Positions 1 through 4,790 of a stretch of DNA of 4,790 nucleotides are shown one piece after another; position 1 is the first letter of the stretch, and each line of letters begins with the position of its first letter. A program made the position numbers and the translations under genes. Under the pieces are notes generated by a model. The model was not told the origin of the DNA and did not search any database. It saw only the letters and a program-made list of their open reading frames with translations. The stretch is from a virus (Duplodnaviria; Heunggongvirae; Uroviricota; Caudoviricetes): IMG/VR virus record IMGVR_UViG_2693429601_000018; one strand, written 5' to 3'.

Positions 1-1045
1 TAATACTGTAAAAATATCCAGTTGTGAGTTAATCAACGCCGACTGCCTGGAATTTATCCGGTCGTTACCCGAAAATTCTGTTGACCTGATAGTCACGGAC
101 CCGCCGTACTTTAAAGTGAAGCCTGAGGGCTGGGATAACCAGTGGAAGGGCGACGATGATTACCTGAAGTGGCTGGACCAGTGTCTGGCGCAGTTCTGGC
201 GGGTGCTGAAACCTGCCGGAAGTCTTTACCTGTTCTGTGGTCATCGCCTGGCATCTGATATCGAAATCATGATGCGTGAACGCTTCAGTGTGCTGAACCA
301 TATTATCTGGGCGAAGCCGTCCGGACGCTGGAACGGATGCAACAAGGAAAGCCTGCGGGCGTATTTCCCCGCCACAGAGCGCATTCTGTTCGCGGAACAT
401 TATCAGGGGCCGTATCGTCCGAAAGATGCCGGGTATGAGGCGAAGGGCAGGGCACTGAAACAGCATGTGATGGCCCCGCTGATTGCTTACTTTCGTGATG
501 CGCGCGCTGCCCTGGGGATAACGGCAAAACAGATTGCAGATGCCACAGGAAAGAAAAACATGGTGCCGCACTGGTTCAGTGCCAGTCAGTGGCAGCTACC
601 GAACGAAAGCGATTATCTGAAATTACAGTCGCTGTTTGCCCGGGTGGCAGAAGAGAAACATCAGCGCGGGGAACTGGAAAAGCCACACCACCAGCTGGTC
701 AGCACATACAGTGAGCTGAACCGGCAGTATACGGAACTGCTGAGTGAATATAAAAATTTGCGGCGGTATTTCGGTGTGACGGTGCAGGTGCCGTACACCG
801 ATGTGTGGACGTATAAACCGGTGCAGTACTATCCAGGGAAACATCCGTGCGAAAAACCGGCAGAAATGCTGCAGCAGATAATCAGCGCAAGTAGTCGTCC
901 TGGTGATCTGGTTGCGGATTTTTTCATGGGGTCGGGTTCAACGGTAAAAGCGGCGATGGCACTGGGGCGTCGTGCGATTGGTGTTGAGCTGGAGACCGGA
1001 CGTTTTGAGCAGACAGTCAGGGAAGTTCAGGATTTAATCGTTTGA
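1..1045 (+). CDS. DNA N6-adenine methyltransferase, beta-class (motif IV before motif I); 5' end lies upstream of the window
   Basis: The frame of the listed ORF 116..1045 stays open back to nt 2 with no in-frame ATG, so the true start is upstream. Translation from nt 2 gives ...INADCLEFIRSLPENSVDLIVTDPPY (DPPY motif IV, nt ~98-109) and, near the C-terminus, DLVADFFMGSGST (FxGxG AdoMet-binding motif I, nt ~910-950). The order IV...I with ~260 aa between them is the beta-class amino-methyltransferase layout. Stop TGA at 1043-1045. No restriction endonuclease partner is visible in the window. Confidence 0.9.
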   Translation, partial: NTVKISSCELINADCLEFIRSLPENSVDLIVTDPPYFKVKPEGWDNQWKGDDDYLKWLDQCLAQFWRVLKPAGSLYLFCGHRLASDIEIMMRERFSVLNHIIWAKPSGRWNGCNKESLRAYFPATERILFAEHYQGPYRPKDAGYEAKGRALKQHVMAPLIAYFRDARAALGITAKQIADATGKKNMVPHWFSASQWQLPNESDYLKLQSLFARVAEEKHQRGELEKPHHQLVSTYSELNRQYTELLSEYKNLRRYFGVTVQVPYTDVWTYKPVQYYPGKHPCEKPAEMLQQIISASSRPGDLVADFFMGSGSTVKAAMALGRRAIGVELETGRFEQTVREVQDLIV

Positions 1046-1056
1046 AACGGATGAGA

Positions 1057-1085
1057 TTGCAGTATTAATTCCGTAACGTTATTAT
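1057..1085 (+). promoter_or_regulatory. Candidate sigma70 promoter for the tRNA cluster
   Basis: TTGCAG (1057-1062), a 17 bp spacer, then TATTAT (1080-1085), placing a predicted start ~2-3 nt before the mature tRNA 5' end at 1095. Hexamer match only; the -35 keeps just the TTG core. Confidence 0.3.
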
Positions 1086-1094
1086 TCTGCGCGC

Positions 1095-1170
1095 GGCCCT
1101 TTAGCTCAGTGGTGAGAGCGAGCGACTCATAATCGCCAGGTCGCTGGTTCAAATCCAGCAAGGGCCACCA
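1095..1170 (+). tRNA. ileZ: tRNA with CAU anticodon, Ile2 (lysidine)-type, usually auto-annotated as tRNA-Met
   Basis: Cloverleaf folded by hand: acceptor GGCCCTT/AAGGGCC (7 bp), D-arm GCTC-AGTGGTGA-GAGC, anticodon arm AGCGA-CTCATAA-TCGCC (anticodon CAT at 1128-1130), T-arm GCTGG-TTCAAAT-CCAGC, discriminator A and encoded CCA (1168-1170). Closely resembles E. coli ileX-type tRNA-Ile2 as I recall it; the symbol follows the phage 933W naming from memory. Confidence 0.9.
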
Positions 1171-1179
1171 TATCACATA

Positions 1180-1256
1180 CCGCCATTAGCTCATCGGGAT
1201 AGAGCGTCAGCCTTCGAAGCTGGTTGCGCGGGGTTCGAGTCCTCGATGGCGGTCCA
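1180..1256 (+). tRNA. argN: tRNA-Arg (anticodon UCG)
   Basis: Acceptor CCGCCAT/ATGGCGG (7 perfect bp), D-arm GCTC-ATCGGGATA-GAGC, anticodon arm TCAGC-CTTCGAA-GCTGG (anticodon TCG), variable loop TTGCG, T-arm CGGGG-TTCGAGT-CCTCG, discriminator T and encoded CCA (1254-1256). Symbol assigned only by gene order (ileZ-argN-argO) recalled from Stx-phage literature. Confidence 0.88.
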
Positions 1257-1269
1257 TTATCTGTACCCT

Positions 1270-1346
1270 GCGTTGTTAGCTCAGCCGGACAGAGCAATTG
1301 CCTTCTAAGCAATCGGTCACTGGTTCGAATCCAGTACAACGCGCCA
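1270..1346 (+). tRNA. argO: tRNA-Arg (anticodon UCU, reads AGA/AGG)
   Basis: Acceptor GCGTTGT/ACAACGC, D-arm GCTC-AGCCGGACA-GAGC, anticodon arm ATTGC-CTTCTAA-GCAAT (anticodon TCT), variable loop CGGTC, T-arm ACTGG-TTCGAAT-CCAGT, discriminator G and encoded CCA (1344-1346). Symbol by gene order from memory. Confidence 0.88.
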
Positions 1347-1360
1347 GACTTATTTTTCCC

Positions 1361-1386
1361 GGCTCGCTTTTGCGGGCCTTTTTTTT
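1361..1386 (+). terminator. Rho-independent terminator after the tRNA cluster
   Basis: Stem GGCTCGC (1361-1367), loop TTTT, stem GCGGGCC (1372-1378) with one G-U pair, followed directly by a T8 run (1379-1386). Confidence 0.7.
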
Positions 1387-1582
1387 AAATGTCTCACAAT
1401 TCAGACGGTTGACAGTTGTCTGTTTTGCGGGGAGTTTGTTAAAAGAAACTGGCATGGTGAATCCCCCTGTGCGGAGGGGCAATCAGCGAGTAGGTATATG
1501 GGATAATCGCGGATTCAGGTGCTGGTACTGAATTCACCGGGAGGCACCCGGCACCATGCAATGGCACATAGCGCCACTCTCC

Positions 1583-1620
1583 AGCCCCTCTCCGGAGGGG
1601 CTGTTTATATTGATTTTGTC
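1583..1620 (+). terminator. GC-rich hairpin with an interrupted U-rich tail; terminator-like or RNA 3'-end structure
   Basis: AGCCCCTC (1583-1590) pairs with GAGGGGCT (1595-1602) as an 8 bp stem around loop TCCG, followed by GTTTATATTGATTTTG. The T-tract is interrupted, so intrinsic termination is uncertain. Confidence 0.35.
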
Positions 1621-1637
1621 AGATGTGAGTAAACTGC

Positions 1638-1973
1638 TTATGGACTTTGTTGTTTTAGCCCATAAGGACATATTTGCAGAGTGCAACGGTTATTAAAGCA
1701 TTCATTCAATACGTTATCTGTATTTGTAGGGCATTCCTGGCTGTTTTTGATTAAATTCCAGAATGTTTTATTGAATGGTACTACGTTGTAAATGGTTACA
1801 GGTAGCACTTTGTTATTGAGCATGATGCCTGTGTGAGTCAGTGTAAATATACTTTCAGGAGGTAAGAAAGCATCCGATTGATACCAGATTATTAATTTTA
1901 TTTTACTCCATATGACTGAAAAAGATATTCCGCATGATGGCTGGATAACTGTATCAATCACAATCCACTTCAT
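1638..1973 (-). CDS. Hypothetical protein (111 aa) in the AT-rich island; possible moron gene
   Basis: Minus-strand ATG at 1973 preceded by AAGGAA with 5 nt spacing; stop TAA at 1640-1638. It is the only long ORF in a ~32% GC segment where stop codons should be frequent. Six of 13 Ile codons are ATA. Four Cys fall in the C-terminal 35 aa ([26 protein letters not shown]). No motif I recognise. Confidence 0.3.
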   Translation of the reverse strand: MKWIVIDTVIQPSCGISFSVIWSKIKLIIWYQSDAFLPPESIFTLTHTGIMLNNKVLPVTIYNVVPFNKTFWNLIKNSQECPTNTDNVLNECFNNRCTLQICPYGLKQQSP

Positions 1974-2233
1974 TTAGTTTCCTTGTTTATGCCTTGCTGG
2001 TGATGTTCTGAAAAGTATAAATGATATTTTTGATTGTAAACCATAGAGCAGAATTATTTTTCTGATGTTGTTTATTGTTTATTTAAATGCAGGGTGGTTT
2101 ATATCTCGTCTTGTAGTTTATCCATGCATATCTGCTTGATGATGAGGTTTTTATTTAAGGTATGGTTTTGTGTTTTTTCTGTATTACATGTCAGGTATTT
2201 TAAAGAATCATTTTTCAGATGGTGGAAAGAACC

Positions 2234-4090
2234 ATGGCATTTAAACACTATGATGTTGTCAGGGCGGCGTCGCCGTCAGATCTTGCGGAAAAGCTGACAC
2301 ATAAACTGAAAGAGGGCTGGCAGCCGTTTGGTAGTCCGGTGGCCATAACCCCTTATACCCTGATGCAGGCGATTACAGCAGAAGGTGATGTGGTCGTCAG
2401 TGGTGCAACTGAGCCGGATTGGTACTACGTCATCGTACTGGCCGGGCAGTCCAATGCCATGGCTTACGGTGAAGGGCTTCCGCTTCCGGATTCTTACGAT
2501 GCGCCCCACCCACGCATTAAGCAACTGGCCCGTCGCAACACAGTGACTCCCGGTGGTAAAGCATGCGCATTTAACGACATCATTCCGGCAGACCACTGCC
2601 TGCATGATGTTCAGGATATGAGCGCACTGAATCATCCGAAGGCAGACCTGAGCAAAGGGCAGTACGGCTGTGTCGGCCAGGGCTTACATATTGCCAAAAA
2701 ACTGCTCCCGTATATCCCGAATAACGCGGGGATCCTGCTGGTACCATGCTGTCGTGGTGGTTCTGCATTCACCCAGGGCGCTGAGGGGACATTCAGTGCG
2801 GACACGGGGGCCAGCCAGGATTCGGCACGCTGGGGTGTGGGTAAACCGTTATATCAGGACCTGATTGCACGCACCAAAGCGGCATTACAGAAGAACCCGA
2901 AAAATGTGTTGCTGGCGGTGTGCTGGATGCAGGGCGAATTTGACATGAGCGCTGCCACCTACGCACAGCAACCGGACCTGTTCACGGCCATGCTGAAGCA
3001 GTTCCGTACTGACCTTTCCGGATTTAACGCGCAGTGCCATGGCGGCAGTGCTGCAGTTGTACCGTGGATTTGTGGCGACACGACGTATTACTGGAAAAAC
3101 ACATACGGCACACAGTATGACTCCGTCTACGGCGCGTACAAAAACAGGGAGAGCGACAACGTTTTCTTTGTGCCGTTCATGACCGACGGTAACGGCAACA
3201 ACACGCCCACCAACTTACCGGCAGAAGACCCGGATATTGCTGATGCAGGTTATTACGGCGCGCAATCCCGTAGTAATGGTAATTGGGTATCGTCAAATCG
3301 TCCGACACATTTCAGTTCATGGGCGCGCAGGGGCATTATTTCGGATCGCCTGGCAACCGCTATTCTGAACGCAGTTGGTCGAACCAGCGCCTTCATCAGC
3401 GGTACCGCACCGGAGATTAAACCCTCGCCCGGCGGCGACACGCCATCGGGGCCGTCTGATGGTGACACATCCGTTCGTACAGTCTCCCTGCTGCCGACAG
3501 CCGGAGAGGCTGCTGCGCAGGGCTGGACCATCACCGGCGGCAGTGTTGCGCTGGAAGATGGTGTGTTTAAGGTTACCAAGCAGAGCAATAAAACCTGGTC
3601 CCTGATGCATCCGGTGGATGACGCAGTCTCCCTGCTGACACGGGGTGGCAGACTGAGCTGTAAGTTTCGACTGTCAGGCGCACTGACCAACAACCAGTTC
3701 GGTCTGGGAATTTATCTGTATACCGATGTAGCGTTACCTGACGTCGTGGCGATGACCGGGACTGGTAACCCGTTCCTGATGTCGTTCTTCACCCAGACCA
3801 CAGACGGCAAACTGAATCTGATGCATCACAAGAAAGCAGGAAACACAAAGTTGGGCGAGTTCGGGAATTACAGTAACGACTGGCAGACGCTGGAGCTGGT
3901 GTTCACCGCCGGCAGTGCCACGGTTACTCCGAAACTGAATGGAGTGGCTGGCCCGGCATTCCAGGTCATAAAAGACAGTCTGACACTGGGGCTGAATGCG
4001 CTGACGCTGACGGATATTACCAAAAATGCAGCGTATGGCGTTGAGATAGAAAGTCTGGTTCTGGAGATAAATGCACCGGCATCATCATAA
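2234..4090 (+). CDS. nanS: Prophage sialate O-acetylesterase, NanS-p type (N-terminal DUF1737-like domain, SGNH/SASA esterase domain, C-terminal beta-rich domain)
   Basis: ORF 2219..4090. The second in-frame ATG at 2234 (MAFKHYDVV...) has the better Shine-Dalgarno (GGTGGAAAG 5-8 nt upstream), whereas ATG 2219 has none; either start is possible. SGNH block I motif VIVLAGQSNAMAYGEG sits at nt ~2438-2470. Established knowledge (from memory): EHEC prophages encode NanS-p 9-O-acetyl-sialic acid esterases with this N-terminus immediately downstream of the stx position. Stop TAA at 4088-4090. Confidence 0.88.
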   Translation: MAFKHYDVVRAASPSDLAEKLTHKLKEGWQPFGSPVAITPYTLMQAITAEGDVVVSGATEPDWYYVIVLAGQSNAMAYGEGLPLPDSYDAPHPRIKQLARRNTVTPGGKACAFNDIIPADHCLHDVQDMSALNHPKADLSKGQYGCVGQGLHIAKKLLPYIPNNAGILLVPCCRGGSAFTQGAEGTFSADTGASQDSARWGVGKPLYQDLIARTKAALQKNPKNVLLAVCWMQGEFDMSAATYAQQPDLFTAMLKQFRTDLSGFNAQCHGGSAAVVPWICGDTTYYWKNTYGTQYDSVYGAYKNRESDNVFFVPFMTDGNGNNTPTNLPAEDPDIADAGYYGAQSRSNGNWVSSNRPTHFSSWARRGIISDRLATAILNAVGRTSAFISGTAPEIKPSPGGDTPSGPSDGDTSVRTVSLLPTAGEAAAQGWTITGGSVALEDGVFKVTKQSNKTWSLMHPVDDAVSLLTRGGRLSCKFRLSGALTNNQFGLGIYLYTDVALPDVVAMTGTGNPFLMSFFTQTTDGKLNLMHHKKAGNTKLGEFGNYSNDWQTLELVFTAGSATVTPKLNGVAGPAFQVIKDSLTLGLNALTLTDITKNAAYGVEIESLVLEINAPASS

Positions 4091-4174
4091 AAAGTGAGCC
4101 AGCCAAATGGAAGGTATCGTTAAACTCACCGGTAGTGTCAGTGGGTCGTCTGAGACGCCTGCATGAGTTATCAG

Positions 4175-4206
4175 AGCCATCAGTACTTAACTGGTGGCTT
4201 TTTTTA
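4175..4206 (+). terminator. Rho-independent terminator between the esterase gene and the holin
   Basis: Stem AGCCATCAG (4175-4183), loop TACTTAA, stem CTGGTGGCT (4191-4199) forming 9 bp with one G-U pair, followed by a T-run (4200-4205). Confidence 0.65.
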
Positions 4207-4240
4207 TTGTTGTCAGCTTCCGGATAACGGGAGACGGGGT

Positions 4241-4456
4241 ATGTACCAGATGGAAAAAATCACAACAGGTGTGTCATACACCACGTCAGCGGTGGGAACG
4301 GGCTACTGGTTCCTGCAGTTGCTGGACAGGGTTTCCCCGTCTCAGTGGGCGGCGATAGGTGTGCTGGGGAGTCTGCTGTTTGGCCTGCTGACGTATCTGA
4401 CTAACCTGTATTTCAAAATCAGAGAGGACCGGCGTAAGGCGGCGCGGGGAGAGTAA
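4241..4456 (+). CDS. S: Class II holin, phage-21 S-type pinholin (71 aa) with dual start (Met1/Met4)
   Basis: [71 protein letters not shown]: two hydrophobic segments and a charged C-terminal tail, closely matching phage 21 S21 as I remember it (...[14 protein letters not shown]...[22 protein letters not shown]). GGGAG sits 7 nt upstream of ATG 4241, with a second ATG at 4250. The listed ORF start at 4163 lies inside the upstream terminator and is rejected. Confidence 0.88.
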   Translation: MYQMEKITTGVSYTTSAVGTGYWFLQLLDRVSPSQWAAIGVLGSLLFGLLTYLTNLYFKIREDRRKAARGE

Positions 4457-4460
4457 AGTG

Positions 4461-4790
4461 ATGAATAAAAAATACGAACTGGTTGTTAAAGGGATAAATA
4501 ATTACCCGGATAAGATTACTGTTACTGTGGCACTGGAAATTGGTGGGTATCCGTCACTGTTGTTGCCATATGTGGCGATTAGTCTTGACCGTACTGAAGG
4601 TGCCACGCTGGAGTTTTACGAAGCTGAGGCGAAAAAGCAGGCGAAGCAGTTTTTCATGGATGTTGCTGCCGGGTTATGTGAAGGGGATGGTCCGTTGCCG
4701 GAAAAGCGGCCCATCATTTTAGAGGCGCAGGATGTGTTGATAACCTACAGAGGAAAACTACCGGGAATAATTACTGGTTCTCTGAAGACT
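4461..4790 (+). CDS. Hypothetical protein, 3'-truncated by the window end; lysis-cassette-associated, possibly DUF1327-like
   Basis: ATG at 4461 lies 4 nt after the holin stop, with GGGGAGAG upstream. The frame is open for 110 codons to the window edge (MNKKYELVVKGINNYPDKITVTVALEIGGYPSLLLPYVAISLDRTEGATLEFYEAEAKKQAKQFF...), so it is absent from the supplied ORF track, which lists only the out-of-frame 4540..4722. It has no lysozyme catalytic signature and no N-terminal SAR/transmembrane segment. The DUF1327 guess is from memory only. Confidence 0.6.
   Translation, partial: MNKKYELVVKGINNYPDKITVTVALEIGGYPSLLLPYVAISLDRTEGATLEFYEAEAKKQAKQFFMDVAAGLCEGDGPLPEKRPIILEAQDVLITYRGKLPGIITGSLKT

Noticed and set aside
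65-571. 168 aa minus-strand ORF, plus the smaller 303..527 and 623..844 minus-strand ORFs
   Set aside because: They lie entirely antisense within the methyltransferase coding region, which has clear catalytic motifs. They have no RBS or recognisable motifs and are typical shadow ORFs in ~52% GC coding DNA.
688-695. Chi octamer (CCACCAGC on +, i.e. GCTGGTGG on the minus strand)
   Set aside because: A single occurrence inside a coding region is close to chance expectation for 4.8 kb on two strands in an E. coli-like genome; not evidence of a functional recombination hotspot.
1409-1414. Perfect TTGACA -35 hexamer
   Set aside because: No acceptable -10 hexamer lies 16-18 bp downstream (GGAGTT, GAGTTT or AGTTTG), so it is not supported as a promoter on sequence alone.
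1127-1531. ORFs 1127..1339 (-), 1276..1482 (-) and 1298..1531 (+)
   Set aside because: They overlap the tRNA genes and the terminator hairpin. Translations are low-complexity and Arg/Pro-rich, so they are artefacts of structured RNA sequence.
1387-2218. Possible stxA/stxB remnants at the toxin slot
   Set aside because: No reading frame on either strand resembles the StxA N-terminus or the StxB signal peptide and pentamer as I recall them, and the segment is far too short and AT-rich. It is treated as a different insert.
2094-2297. 67 aa + strand ORF in the AT-rich leader
   Set aside because: It runs out of frame into the start of nanS-p, has no RBS, and has a low-complexity hydrophobic translation; probably spurious.
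2276-3693. Nested ORFs inside nanS-p (2276..2635 -, 2580..2768 -, 2670..2864 +, 3253..3693 -, 3317..3610 -, 3375..3605 +)
   Set aside because: All are embedded in a well-supported 620 aa esterase gene and are alternative-frame or antisense shadows.
4163-4240. Upstream ATG extension of the holin ORF (97 aa version)
   Set aside because: The extension overlaps the terminator hairpin at 4175-4206 and lacks an RBS. The 71 aa product from 4241 matches the S21-type holin length and has a GGGAG Shine-Dalgarno.
4540-4722. 60 aa + strand ORF from the track
   Set aside because: It is out of frame within the longer open frame starting at 4461, which is tightly coupled to the holin stop and has an RBS.
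1-4790. CRISPR arrays, IS elements or attachment-site repeats
   Set aside because: No spaced direct repeats, terminal inverted repeats or transposase-like ORFs were seen anywhere in the window.

Overview
This window reads as the late-gene (Q-to-lysis) segment of a lambdoid, Shiga-toxin-phage-like prophage of an E. coli-type host, with all recognisable genes on the + strand. In order: (1) the 3' ~1 kb of a beta-class N6-adenine DNA methyltransferase whose start lies upstream of the window; (2) three tRNA genes with anticodons CAU (Ile2/Met-like), UCG (Arg) and UCU (Arg), followed by a clear rho-independent terminator; (3) an ~830 bp stretch with no convincing + strand gene, made of a GC-rich hairpin cluster (1440-1620) and a ~32% GC island (1640-2218) that carries one 111-codon minus-strand ORF; (4) a 618-623 aa NanS-p-type sialate O-acetylesterase; (5) a terminator and then a 71 aa phage-21-type pinholin with a dual-start motif; (6) the first 110 codons of an unrecognised gene sitting where an endolysin would be expected. 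From memory, this backbone is the one that flanks stxAB in Stx2-converting phages, but no stx-like coding sequence is present here. The best candidates for something undescribed are the AT-rich insert and its minus-strand ORF at the toxin slot, the structured non-coding segment after the tRNAs, and the unknown gene after the pinholin. All family assignments rest on motifs read by eye and recalled knowledge; no database search was possible.
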